DNA of 64,000 nt from the NCBI GenBank assembly GCA_038087875.1, contig CM075977.1, positions 29,264,001 to 29,328,000 of the forward strand. The letters are read 5' to 3'. Origin of the DNA: Malacoraja senta (Eukaryota). The position numbers were made by a program, and so were the translations under genes. A model generated the notes under the pieces. The model saw only the letters and a list, made by a program, of their open reading frames with translations. It searched no databases and was not told where the DNA came from. Below, piece by piece: positions 49,701 to 61,961 of the stretch (positions within the stretch are counted from its first letter, which is position 1; each line of letters opens with the position of its first letter).

Positions 49701-50401
49701 GGTAGGTGGTTAAACTTTCACCTTTTGGACACTTTTAATGTGTATGTCTTGCTTGCCACTTATCAGACCATGCATGATCGTTGTCTGAGTCGTGGTGCAT
49801 GCATGCGTGGGTTGCTTCATTTGCAGAGGAGTTGCAAATGATTTGAACATTGTGCAATATTAGCAAATGGCCCCACTGAAAGTGGTTGATTGATTGATGG
49901 ATTGATTGATACTTTATTATCACAGTGAATGTCTTTGTTTGTATACCACACACAAAGAGGCACTGACAAAGTTACAAAAGTATTCAACGTAGTCCCCAGT
50001 CGTCCCTCTTTATTCTCGGCGGCAGAGCAGTGCAGTGCCCTTAACGAAGGTGGGAGGCCCCGGCCCCGGCCCACAGGCAGGGAGGTCACGGTTGGCAGCC
50101 AGTTGGAGCACCAAGGCAACGGGAGATTGTATTTTATGATTCATCTTGATCTTTTACTAACGATCAACATTTCAAATGAAGTCATATGATGAGATTAATG
50201 CAATAATTTATAATAGCCGGCACTTTCTATTCAGACTTGAGTTTGAGGACTTAATTATTTTTTTAGCAAGTCCTGTCAGGTTCAGGTCGGGCACACTGGC
50301 TCCAACCTGGAAGATAAATGTTGCACATCAGATATATCACAGTTGGCACTTCAATGCTCCCTGCTCACGAAACACATAAATAAGTTTCACATCCCGAAAT
50401 A

Positions 50402-50671
50402 AGGGTGGCACAGGGGTGCAGCGGCAGTTGCTGCCTTACAGCACCAGATGCTCGCATTCGATCCTGACGACAGGTGTTGTCTGTACGGAGTTTGTACGTA
50501 CCTCCTGTGATCACATGGGTTTCTCCCAATGCTATGGTTTCCTCCCACACTCCAAAGACGTACAGGTCTGTAGGTTGATTGGCTTTGGTAAAATTGTAAA
50601 CTGCCCCTAGTGTGTAGGATACTGTTAGTGTACAAGGTGATCGCTAGTCGGCACAGACTCGGTGGGCCGAA
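50402..50671 (+). mobile_element. HE1-type SINE (3'-truncated)
   Basis: Head, box B attcgatcc, and body. Confidence 0.8.
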
Positions 50672-50975
50672 ATGAAATTCCTCCTTGCAGCAGCAGCACT
50701 CCCTGTTCTGAGTGGTCTCCCCTGCTAGAGGATTGGTCTCCCCTGCCACATACACAAGAGCGTCCCTCCTGCCAACTTCAGAAGGACTGTTTTCTCCATC
50801 TCTCCTACTGAGGGATAAATTTATAAGCAATTACGGAACATTTTCTCGATCCAGTACATCAGAATATGCTTTGTCGTACAAGATCTGATGGAAGTGGTGG
50901 ATGGAACTTCAGTTTATGGTTCCTCCAAAGGTGGCACATCTGACACTGCAGTAACCACTCAGGTTTCCAGGATTT

Positions 50976-51103
50976 GCAGGAAGGAACTGCAGATGCTGGT
51001 TTACACCGAAGGTAGACACAAGATGCGGGGGTAACTCAGCGGGTCAGGCAGCATATCAGGAGTAAAGGAATAGGTGCCATTTCGGGTTGAGACCCTTCTT
51101 CAG
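50976..51103 (-). mobile_element. Penelope-like terminal module
   Basis: Revcomp tctgaagaagggtctcaacccgaaatggcacc followed by the family body. Confidence 0.65.
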
Positions 51104-51659
51104 AATCCAGAGGGTCAAGCTGAATAGTGGAGTCAAAGCTACAGATCAGGGCTTCCACCTCAGTGGTGGACAATGCAACTGTCCTGCTGGCATTGCTTCC
51201 CTTCAAAAAAAAAAGTTCCATCATCAGCTGGCCCAACAACAGTTCATCGTGTACTTTGTCTCTCCACCCCACGTTAAATATTCCTCCCTCTCTGCGTTGT
51301 TGGCCACAGATGAAGTTGAGCCCACTCCATGTCTCACTTTATGACAGGTGCATTTATTTCACATTTAGGATTAAATGGCCTCCCTGGCCTCATTCAAACG
51401 TCAAGCTCTTTAATGCTATAACAAAGGGTCCCTTGGAGAACCGACACAGAGTTCCAAAGGCTGGAATGTTCGAAGAGCATTCGAGGCAGCACTAATGGCC
51501 TCTTTAGATGACAGAGCAGCTGCCAGTGGCAGGACCGACGCTGACAACTGTTTTATTGGCTACTGTCACCGTGCAGCTGCCTTCCAGCTATCCACGCGGG
51601 TGGTTTTTCCCCGAGCGCTCTCACGTCCGCCGTGCCGGTGCCAGAAATTTATATCACGT

Positions 51660-52032
51660 TCACAAGTTATAGGAGTAGAATTAGGCCATTCGGCCCATCA
51701 AGTCCACACCGCCATTCAATCATGGCTGATCTCTGCCTCCTAATCCCATTTTCCTGCCATCTCCCCATAACCCTTGACACGCGTTCTAATAAAAAATCTG
51801 TCTATCTCTGCCTTAAAAATATCCACTTACTTGGCGTCCACAGCCCTCTGTGGCAATGAGTTCCGCAGTTTAACTACCCTCTGACTAAAGACGTGTCTCC
51901 TCACCTCCTAAAAGAGTGCCCGTTAATTCTGAGGCTGTGACCTCTGGTCCTAGACTCTCCCACCAGTGGAAACATCCTTTTCACATCCACTCTATCTATG
52001 CTTTTCATTATTCAGTGTTTCAATGAGGTCCC
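51660..52032 (-). mobile_element. CR1 3' fragment
   Basis: Homologous to 38262-38660. Confidence 0.8.
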
Positions 52033-52083
52033 GAAATACCTCCCAAAATACTACAATCTCTCAAAATGTTTCTCAACTTGTTT

Positions 52084-52400
52084 GGGGGCGGCAGCGGTAG
52101 AGTTGCTGCCGTACAGCGCCGGAGACCCGGGTCCGATCCTGGCTACAGGTGTTGTCTGTATGGAGTTTGTTTGTCCTCCCCAACACGACGTTGGTTTTCC
52201 CTGAGTGCCTCGGTTTCCTCCCGCATTCCAAAGACCTACAGGTTTGTAGGTTTATTGGCTTCGGTAAAAATTGTAAATTGTCCCTAGTGTGTCGGATAGT
52301 GCTAATGTATAGGTATCACTGGTCGGCGCGGACTCGGTGTGCCAAAGGGCCTGTTCCTGCACTGCATCGCTAATCTAAACTAAACGTTATCAATGAATGC
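52084..52400 (+). mobile_element. HE1-type SINE
   Basis: Near full-length, with (ctaaa)n tail. Confidence 0.85.
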
Positions 52401-52977
52401 ATCTCTAAACTAAACTAAACTTTACCAATACATATATCGGTGCAAAATATCAGTAACAATGCTGGCCTCTAAGTTCTTTTACACTTGTTCTAAACACAAT
52501 AGGAAGGCTGTGACCAGAGGTGGAACTAATAACTCAAATAACTACATGCAGGAAAATATGTCAAAGGGCAAATTGCATATTTATTGGAATTAGTGATAGG
52601 GAACTTGCCTTGAAATCTGAATATAATGCAACAAATTACTGAATTATTCTAGCACCTTGAACCTTTAAAGGGGAGAGATGCTCACTGTTTCTGCCCAAGA
52701 TTTCTGGTTGGATGGATCAACCTTATTATCCTAGCCCTCCTCTCTGGAATCCCTAGAGTACAGTATAAGGTTTGGCCTTCCTATTGAGGAAAATATATAT
52801 TGTACTGGATTTGGAGACAGGCCAGATGAAATACCTTAGGCTAATTCCCTGCATGAGGGGGTTGCCCTATCACAAACAGCTAACCGAGTTTAAAAGAACG
52901 AGAACTAAAAACCATAAGAAGGCATGACAGGGTAAACATCGATGTAATTACTCGATGTAGCTCTATAGGGCTTTGGT

Positions 52978-55900
52978 TAGAAACATGGAAACATAGAAAA
53001 TAGGTGCAGGAGTAGGCTATTCGGCCCTTCGAGCCTGCACTGCCATTCAATATGATCATGGCTGATCATCCAACTCAGTATCCTGTACCTGCTTTCTCTC
53101 CATACCCCCTGATCCCTTTAGCCACAAGGGCCACATCTAACTCCCTCTTAAATATAGCCAATGAACTGGCCTCAACTACATTCTGTGGCAGAGAATTCCA
53201 GAGATTCACCACTCTCTGTGTAAAAAATGTTTTTCTCATCTCAGTCCTAAAAGATTTCCCCTTTATCCTTAAACTGTGACCCCTTGTTCTGGACTTCCCC
53301 AACATCGGGAACAATCTTCCTGCATCTAGCCTGTCCAACCCCTTAAGAATTTTGTAAGTTTCTATAAGATCCCCCCTCAATCTTCTAAATTCTAGCGAGT
53401 ACAAGCCGAGTCTATCCTGTCTTTCTTCATATGAAAGTCCTGACATCCCAGGAATCAGTCTGGTGAACCTTCTCTGTACTCCCTCTATGGCAAGAATATC
53501 CTTCCTCAGATTAGGAGACCAAAACTGTACGCAATACTCCAGGTGTGGTCTCACCAAGACCCTGTACAACTGCAGTAGAACCTCCCTGCTCCTATACTCA
53601 AATCCTTTTGCTATGAATGCTAACATACCATTCGCTTTCTTCACTGCCTGCTGCACCTGCATGCTTACTTTCAATGACTGGTGTACCATGACACCCAGGG
53701 TCTCGTTGCATCTCCCCTTTTCCTAATCGGCCACCATTCAGGTAATAGTCTACTTTCCAGTTTTTGCCACCAAAGTGGATAACCTCACGTTTATCCACAT
53801 TATACTGCATCTGCCATGCATTTGCCCACTCACCCAGCACTATCCGTCATCTTGCAGCCTCTTAGCACCCTCCTAACAGCTAACACTGCCCCCCAGCTTA
53901 GTGTCATCTGCAAACTTGGAGATGTTGCAATCCCATCTTTAATAACTGACTCTAGCAGTTTCCCCACTACCGATGTTAGACTAACTGGTCTGTAATTCCC
54001 CGTTTTCTCTCTCCCTCCCTTTTTAAAAAGTGGGGTTACATTAGCTACCCTCCAATCCTCAGGAACTACTCCAGAATCTAAAGAGTTTTGAAAAATTATC
54101 ACTAATGCATCCACTATTTCCGGGGCTACTTCCTTAAGTACTCTGGGATGCAGCCTATCTGGCCTTTAATCCATTCAATTTACCTAACACCACTTCCCGG
54201 CTAACCTGGATTTCACTCAGTTCCTCCATCTCATTTGACCCCCGGTCCCCTGCTATTTCCGGCAGATTAATTAAGTCTTCCTTAGTGAAGACGGAACCAA
54301 AGTAGTTATTCAATTGGTCTGCCATGTCCTTGTTCCCCATGATCAATTCACCTGTTTCTGACTGCAAGGGACCTACATTTGTTTTAACTAATCTTTTTCT
54401 CTTCACATATCTATAAAAACTTTTGCAGTCAGTTTTTATGTTCCCTGCCAGTTTTCTTTCATAATCTATTTTCCCCTTTCCTAATTAAACCCTTTGTCCT
54501 CCTCTGCTGGACTCTAAATTTCTCCCAGTCCTCTAGTAGGCTGCTAATTTCTGGCTAATTTGTATGCTTAATCTTTTGTTTTGATACTATCCATGATTTC
54601 CCTTGTTATCCACGGATGCACTACCTTCCCTGATTTATTATTTTGCCAAACTGGGATGAACAATTGTTGTAGTTCATCCATGCAGCCTTTAAATACCTTC
54701 CATTGCATATCCACCGTCAACCCTTTAAGAATCAATTGCCAGTCTATCTTGGCCAATTCACGTCATAACCTCAAAGTTACCTTTCTTTAAGTTCAGAACC
54801 CTTGTTTCTGAATTAATTATGTCACTCTCCATCCTAATGAAGAACTCAACCATATTATGGTCACTCTTGCCCAAGAGGCCACGCACAACAAGACTGCTAA
54901 CTAACCCTTCCTCATTACTCAATACCCAGTCTAGAATAGCCTGCTCTCTCGTTGATTCCTCTACATGTTGATTTAGAAAACTATCCCGCATACATTCCAA
55001 GAAATCCTCTTCCTCAGCACCCCTGCCAATTTGATTCACCCAATCTATATGTAGATTGAAGTCACCCATTATAACTGTTTTACCTTTGTTGCACGCATTT
55101 CTAATTTCCTGTTTGATGCCATCCCTAACTCCACTACTACTGTTAGGTGGCCTGTACACAACTCCCACTAGCGCTTTCTGCCCCTTAGTGTTTCGCAGCT
55201 CTACCCATACCGATTCCACATCCTCCAAGCTAATGTCCTTCCTTTCTATTGCGTTAATCTCCTCTCTAACCAGCAATGCTACCCCACCTCCTTTTCCTTT
55301 CTGTCTATCATAGAAACATAGAAACATAGAAATTAGGTGCAGGAGTAGGCTATTCGGCCCTTCGAGCCTGCACCGCCATTCAATATGATCATGGCTGATC
55401 ATCCAACTCAGTATCCCGTACCTGCCTTCTCTCCATACCCTCTGATCCCTTTAGCCACAAGGGCCACATCTAGCTCCCTCTTAAATATAGCCAATGAACT
55501 GGCCTCGACTACCCTCTGGGGCAGAGAGTTCCAGAGATTCACCACTCTCTGTGTGAAAAAAGTTCTTCTCATCTCGGTTTTAAAGGATTTCCCCCTGATC
55601 CTTAAGCTGTGACCCCTTGTCCTGGACTTCCCCAACATCGGGAGCAATCTTCCTGCATCTAGCCTGTCCAACCCCTTAAGAATTGTGTAAGTTTCTATAA
55701 GATCCCCTCTCAATCTCCTAAATTCTAGAGAGTATAAACCAAGTCTATCCAGTCTTTCTTCATAAGACAGTCCTGACATCCCAGGAATCAGTCTGGTGAA
55801 CCTTCTCTGCACTCCCTCTATGGCAATAATGTCCTTCCTCAGATTTGGAGACCAAAACTGTACGCAATACTCCAGGTGTGGTCTCACCAAGACCCTGTAC

Positions 55901-57225
55901 AACTGCAGTAGAACCTCCCTGCTCCTATACTCAAATCCTTTTGCTATGAAAGCTAACATACCATTCGCTTTCTTCACTGCCTGCTGTACCTGCATCCCTA
56001 CTTTCAATGACTGGTGTACCATGACACCCAGGTCTCGCTGCATCTCCCCTTTTCCTAGTCGGCCACCATTTAGAAAATAGTCTGCTTTCCTGTTTTTGCC
56101 ACCAAAATGGATAACCTCACATTTATCCACATTATACTGCATCTGCCAAACATTTGCCCACTCACCCAGCCTATCCAAGTCACCTTGCAGTCTCCTAGCA
56201 TCCTCCTCACAGCTAACACTGCCCCCCAGCTTAGTGTCATCCGCAAACTTGGAGATATTGCCTTCAATTCCCTCATCCAGGTCATTAATATATATTGTAA
56301 ATAGCTGGGGTCCCAGCACTGAGCCTTGCGGTACCCCACTAGTCACTGCCTGCCATTGTGAAAAGGACCCGTTTACTCCTACTCTTTGCTTCCTGTTTGC
56401 CAGCCAGTTCTCTATCCACATCAATACTGAACCCCCAATGCCATGTGCTTTAAGTTTGTATACTAATCTCTTATGTGGGACCTTGTCGAAAGCCTTCTGG
56501 AAGTCCAGATACACCACATCCACAGGTTCTCCCCTATCCACGCTACTAGTTACATCCTCGAAAAATTCTATAAGATTCGTCAGACATGATTTACCTTTCG
56601 TAAATCCATGCTGACTTTGTCCAATGATTTCACCACTTTCCAAATGTGCTGCTATCCCATCTTTAATAACTGACTCTAGCAGTTTCCCCACTACCGACGT
56701 TAGACTAACTGGTCTATAATTCCCCGTTTTCTCTCTCCCTCCCTTCTTAAAAAGTGGGGTTACGTTTGCTACCCGCCAATCCTCAGAAACTACTACAGAA
56801 TCTAAAGAATTTTGAAAGATTATTACTAATGCATCCACTATTTCTGGAGCTACTTCCTTAACCAGCAACGCTACCCCACCTCCTTTTCCTTTCTGTCTAT
56901 CCCTCCTGAATATTGAATATCCCTGGATGTTCAGCTCCCACCCTTGGTCACCCTGGAGCCATGTCTCCGTGATCCCAACTATATCATAGTCATTAATAGC
57001 TATCTGCACATTCAACTCATCCACCTTATTACGAATGCTCCTTGCATTGAGACACAAAGCCTTCAGGCTTGTTTTGACAACGCTCTTACCCCTTATACAA
57101 TTATGTTGAAAAATGGCCCTTTTTGATTTTTGCCCTGGATTTGTCTGCCTACCACTTTTACTTTTCACCTTGCTACCTATTGCTTCTACCCTCATTTTAC
57201 ACCCCTCTGTCTCTCTGCTCACACA
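52978..57225 (-). mobile_element. Long CR1 (host copy): APE endonuclease to 3' tail, with internal deletions, split by a nested CR1
   Basis: EN motifs CLNARS, GITETW, GGGVA, GVVYRPP, IMGDFN, ILDWVLSN, SDHN; RT core deleted at about 53928; (ctatgttt) tail at 52978. Confidence 0.92.
55310..56858 (-). mobile_element. Nested young 5'-truncated CR1 with intact RT domain
   Basis: NYRPVSLTS, QHGF, DFQKAFD, GVPQGSVLGP, FADD; own 3' tail; flanked by 43-bp direct repeats at 55267-55309 and 56859-56901. Confidence 0.92.
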
Positions 57226-57378
57226 TTTAAGAAACCCACCACCTCTTATTCTCTGTTTATTATCTTTTTCTTCTTTCCCCCCTATATGTTGGGTCTGAGT
57301 GCTTCCCTTCTCTGCCTCCTGCCTCACACACTCTACTAGCTTTCTAGTCTTAGGTCGCCTTTGAAGTATTGCATGCAT
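55408..57378 (-). CDS. Chimeric CR1 ORF2-derived open frame (EN N-terminal stub fused to complete RT); expression unknown
   Basis: 656-aa stop-free frame; junction GGGVALLV|KEVAPEIVDAL skips most of the endonuclease and linker. Confidence 0.5.
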   Translation of the reverse strand: MHAILQRRPKTRKLVECVRQEAEKGSTQTQHIGGKEEKDNKQRIRGGGFLKCVSRETEGCKMRVEAIGSKVKSKSGRQTNPGQKSKRAIFQHNCIRGKSVVKTSLKALCLNARSIRNKVDELNVQIAINDYDIVGITETWLQGDQGWELNIQGYSIFRRDRQKGKGGGVALLVKEVAPEIVDALVIIFQNSLDSVVVSEDWRVANVTPLFKKGGREKTGNYRPVSLTSVVGKLLESVIKDGIAAHLESGEIIGQSQHGFTKGKSCLTNLIEFFEDVTSSVDRGEPVDVVYLDFQKAFDKVPHKRLVYKLKAHGIGGSVLMWIENWLANRKQRVGVNGSFSQWQAVTSGVPQGSVLGPQLFTIYINDLDEGIEGNISKFADDTKLGGSVSCEEDARRLQGDLDRLGEWANVWQMQYNVDKCEVIHFGGKNRKADYFLNGGRLGKGEMQRDLGVMVHQSLKVGMQVQQAVKKANGMLAFIAKGFEYRSREVLLQLYRVLVRPHLEYCVQFWSPNLRKDIIAIEGVQRRFTRLIPGMSGLSYEERLDRLGLYSLEFRRLRGDLIETYTILKGLDRLDAGRLLPMLGKSRTRGHSLRIRGKSFKTEMRRTFFTQRVVNLWNSLPQRVVEASSLAIFKRELDVALVAKGIRGYGEKAGTGY

Positions 57379-57379
57379 T

Positions 57380-57690
57380 TCTGCTCAACCCATTGCAGGA
57401 AGGATGTTGAGGTTTTTGAGAGGGTGCAGAGGTTTTACAGAATGATGCCTGGATTAGGTTATGACCTCCAAGGAGAGTCGGGTAAACTTGGATTGTTTTC
57501 TCTTGGACGCTGGAGTTTCAGGGGAAATCTGATAGATGTGTATAAAATTATGAGAGGCTTGGATAGGGTAGAGTCAGAAGTTTTTCCCAAGGTAGAAATG
57601 TCAAAGACTAGATGGCATTGATTTAAGATGAGACGGTGCTTAATGGTCGACGTAGACCTGGTTGGCTGAAAAGCATGTTACTGTGTTGTA
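57380..57690 (+). mobile_element. Old CR1 3' fragment
   Basis: HCRKDVEVFERVQRF.RMMPGL...LGLFSL...RGNLIDVYKIMRGLDRV. Confidence 0.75.
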
Positions 57691-57919
57691 TAACCAACTT
57701 CATAATCTTGTTACGGGGCAAAATCTTCCCTCCCACAGCTTCCAATGTGTTAAGCAGCTCTGTCGGTCCATCTCATTCCAAACCCCCAAGTACAGATAAA
57801 GAAGCTCTGCCAACAGCCTTTCTTCCCATTCTTCACACTGTCATCTCCATGATATCCAGAGTATCTGTTCTTGGAGACTAGTTCCTCCTCAACTTGCTCA
57901 TCCTTGGCAGTTGACTGAT

Positions 57920-58425
57920 TGAAAGATATACAGCATGGAAAAAGGCCATTCGGCCCAGTGAGTCCATGCTGGCAATCGATCAACCGTTCATGCAAATCCA
58001 ATGTAAAGGGCCTGTCCCACTTTCACGACCTAATTCACGACCTCTGCCCTTGACTCATACTCGCAGCATGGTCGTCATGAGGTCGTAGGGGGTCATAGGT
58101 AGGTCGTAGGAGGTCGAGATGCTAGTCGTAGGTACTCATGGCATCAAGTAGGTCGGGGTGTTTTTCTAGCATGATGAAAAATGTCCACGAGTAAAAAAGG
58201 TCGTGAATTAGGTCGTGAAAGTGGGACAGGCCCTTTATTCCACTTTTGAATCCACTCCCTGCACACTAGGGGCAATTTACAGAGGTCAATGGAGGAAACC
58301 AGAAGAAGCCCACGCAGTGATAGGGAGAACGTGCAAACCCCACACAGACAGCACCCGAGGTCAGGGTTGGACTAGGTTTCTGGTGCTATGAAGTAGCAGC
58401 TCTACCAGATACACAACTGTGCTGC
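57920..58425 (-). mobile_element. HE1-type SINE interrupted by a MITE
   Basis: SINE halves on either side of 58007-58234. Confidence 0.75.
58007..58234. mobile_element. PIF/Harbinger-type MITE (228 bp)
   Basis: Perfect 36-bp TIR agggcctgtcccactttcacgacctaattcacgacc; flanks taa / tta (TWA-like, or TA). Confidence 0.85.
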
Positions 58426-58789
58426 AATATTTCAGGGGACCTGCTTAACGGGAAACAAACCAATTCAAAACAAGTAAAATAAATCTAAGATCTACAAGTT
58501 TCTGGGGCCTTACAATAGCAGGGTTTTGCCCAACATCTTCTTTCATTAATATGAAACCAGCCATTTGAATCACTAGTAGTTCTGCGTGGATCCCTCAATA
58601 ACAGATGGTTAGGTTAAGCACGCTGCCCTAGAAAAGGTTAATTTAAAAGCTAAGTCAGCACACTAATTACTTGTAAACCTATTATGGGATGTGTTATTTG
58701 TTTCAACATATTGAGACTTCAAGCCCTTTAAAATTTCACCCAAGATAGACACAAAATATCAGAATAACTCAGCAGATCAGGCAGCATCT

Positions 58790-59698
58790 AAATGGCTATC
58801 TAAATGGCATCAAGTTGGGAAAAGGGGAAGTACAACGGGATCTGGGGGTCCTTGTACATCAGTCTATGAAAGTAAGCTTGCAGGTACAGCAGGCAGTGAA
58901 GAAATTGAATGGCATGTTGACCTTTATAACAAGAGCAATCGAAGATAGGAGCAAAGAGGTCCTTCTGCAGTTGTACACAGCCCTAGTGAGACCACACCTG
59001 GAGTTTTGTGTGCAGCTTTGGTCCCCTAATTTGAGGAAGGACATTCTTGCTATAGAGGGAGTGCAGCGTAGGTTTACAAGGTTAATTCCTGGGATGGTGG
59101 GACTGTCATATGCTGAGAGAATGGAGCAGCTGGGCTTGTACACTCTGGAGTTTAGAAGGATGAGAGGGAATCGCATTGAAACATATAAGATTGTTAAGGG
59201 CTTGGACACACTAGAGGACACCACTTTGAGCAGCTCTGCACGCCTGCAGAGGTGAGAGTTTCACTCCAATTCATTGAAGCTTGTGTAGAGGCTTAGGTGT
59301 GAATACAGTGCATCATACAGTAACTCAAGGTTGTTAAGGGCTTGGACACGCTAGAGGCAGGAAACATGTTCCCGATGTTGGGGGAGTCCAGAACCAGGGG
59401 CCACAGTTTAAGAATAAGGAGTAAGCCATTTAGAACGGAGACGAGGAAACACTTTTTCTCACAGAGAGTGGTGAGTCTGTGGAATTCTCTGCCTCAGAGG
59501 GCGGTGGAGGCAGGTTCTCTGGATGCTTTCAAGAGAGAGCTAGATAGGGCTCTTAAAAATAGCGGAGTCAGGGGATATGGGGAGAAGGCAGGAACGGGGT
59601 ACTGATTGGGGATGATCAGCCATGATCACATTGAATGGCGGTGCTGGCTCGAAGGGCCAAATGGCCTACTCCTGCACCTATTGTCTATTGTCTATTGT
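58790..59698 (+). mobile_element. CR1 with an internal 114-bp foreign insert, inserted in a Penelope-like unit (about 58742-59848)
   Basis: CR1 ORF2 C-terminal motifs, (ctattgt)n tail, possible TSD catct. Confidence 0.9.
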
Positions 59699-61146
59699 CA
59701 TCTCTGGCGAAAAGGAATAGGTAACGTTTCAAGTTGACGAATGGGTGAGCAGCCTGAAGAATGATCTTGTCCCGAAACATCACCCATTCCTTCTCTCCAG
59801 AGACGCTGTCTGTCCCGCTGGGTTACTCCAGCAGTTTGTGTCTAGATACCCGAATGGCATGGTTCTGTTTTGATGAAAGTGACTCAAATTTCCCAAAGTT
59901 CAGAGGCATTTGGTGCAGGCAGATAAAAGAAAGTTTGTGGGTCAATGTGCTAATCTAACAGCTGTGATTTGCATACATTTTCTCCTACACCTTGTTATTT
60001 TCCCAAATCAGGCAGCCAACAACTGTCACACCTCTCTAAGTGTTACCCGTAATCATTTCTAATGGAACAAACTCACGGGTATGGTTCCATGACTTACTTC
60101 GATTCTGACATGAGAAAACAACTCTGAATTTGCATTGCAATCTGGCCATTCCTTTGTGATGGCTGGTAAACAAGGGACCTACAATATAAAAAGAAAATCC
60201 AGGAATCTGCAAAACCTGTTTTCACCAGCATCAGCTCTCTTGGAGACCTTAACTGATGGTGGGGTCAGATCTTCCACATGTTGACAACTAACCTGCTGTC
60301 TTTTCCGCTGCAAGGTGATGCAGCGATGGCCATCCCAGCTACACCCTTCAAAGGACCATACTGTGCAGGGGAACAATCAGCCCATTGCACCCGTGCTAAC
60401 TCCTTGCATGAGCTGAAAATTAGTCTTAATGTGTCTCTAAAGTGATCTAAATTAAACTAAACGGAACACATCATAAATGGGTGTGGGACCTGAAATGAAA
60501 CCAAATATCGTGTGCAGGTGTATAGGAGAGAGGAACAGATGGTTATACAGATAGCGATGAATGAGATAGGGTGGCAAGATCATTAGCAACAGCACAGATT
60601 GGATGATTTAAATGGTCTGTTTCTGCACCATGATATTCTATGTAACTGTGTTATGAAATGTATTGTTTAAACTCATTTCATTGAACTGCTAACGAGTCTA
60701 AACCAGCTCTTCATCCAAAGTTCTGAAGGGATAATTGGATGGTGATCAGTTACTCATTCTCTCCTTCACAAGTTGAGGCCTAATTCACGAGTGCTCTTTA
60801 ACCTGTGAGCAGCCTGTTTGATAATGCTCGTGTATCCTTAGTGAGGGGAACCATGTACCTCAAAGCCATTCTCTCGCACTGAACAGTCGCTTAGCAAGGA
60901 AGGCCACCGTTCAGGTGACCCAGTTCATTCCTGACCGTGTGGTGTTTGCATGTACTTCCTGTGACCCTTTGGCTTTCTTCTGGGAGCTCCAGTGCCCTTC
61001 TAAATCGCAAAGAAGTGTGGGTTGTTAGGCTAATTGGCCACAGTAAATAACCCTGAATGTGTAGGTGAGAGGTAGAAACTGGGAAACTATCAGGAGAATA
61101 AAATGTGCTTCGTTTTGGATGAGTGCTGGATGCTCAGTATACACAG

Positions 61147-61450
61147 TGCACAGTGATGCAGCGGGTAAAAGCTGCCTCACAGTGCCGGAGACCCGGGTTC
61201 GATCCCGACCTCGGGTGCTGTCTGCGTAGAGTTTGCACGTTCTCTCTGTGGGTTTCCCACGGGTGTTCCAGTTTCCTCCAACATCCAAAAGACGTAGGTT
61301 TGTAGGTTAATTGGCCTCTGTAAATTGCCCCTAGTGCGTAGGGAGTGAATGTGAAAGTAGGATAAAATAGAGCTGGTGTGAACGGGTGATCAATGGTTGG
61401 CATGGACACAGCCTGTTTCCATGCTGTATCTCTAAACTAAATTAAACTAA
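61147..61450 (+). mobile_element. HE1-type SINE
   Basis: ggttcgatccc box B, body, (ctaaa)n tail. Confidence 0.85.
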
Positions 61451-61591
61451 GGGGCGGAAGGGCCTGTTTCCATGCTGTACGATTCCAGGAGAGGTCCGGT
61501 GCCTTCATTGCTGCACTGGTCCTTGTGCCTTCAAGCTCAGGGCCACGATCGATAAGACCACCGCCCCATGGTCTTCTATACCTTAGCACAT

Positions 61592-61961
61592 TGACAATAG
61601 ACAATAAACAATAGGTGCAGGAGTAGGCCATTCGGCCCTTCGAGCCAGCACCGCCATTCAATGTGATCATGGCTGATCATCCCCAATCAGTACCCCGTTC
61701 CTGCCTTCTCCCCATATCCCCTGACTCCGCTATTTTTAAGAGCCCTATCTAGCTCTCTCTTGAAAGTATCCAGAGAACCTGCCTCCACCGCCCTCTGATG
61801 CAGAGAATTCCACAGACTCACCACTCTCTGTGAGAAAAAGTGTTTCCTTGTCTCCGTTCTAAATGGCTTACTCCTCATTCTTAAACTGTGGCCCCTGGTT
61901 CTGGACTCCCCCAACATCGGGAACATGTTTCCTGCCTCTAGCGTGTCCAAGCCCTTAACAA
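61592..61961 (-). mobile_element. 5'-truncated CR1
   Basis: Near-identical inverted copy of 59331-59699. Confidence 0.92.

Noticed and set aside
55408-57378. Domesticated RT gene, or intact autonomous CR1
   Set aside because: Endonuclease catalytic motifs are absent from the ORF, and its near-identity to other copies indicates youth, not selection.
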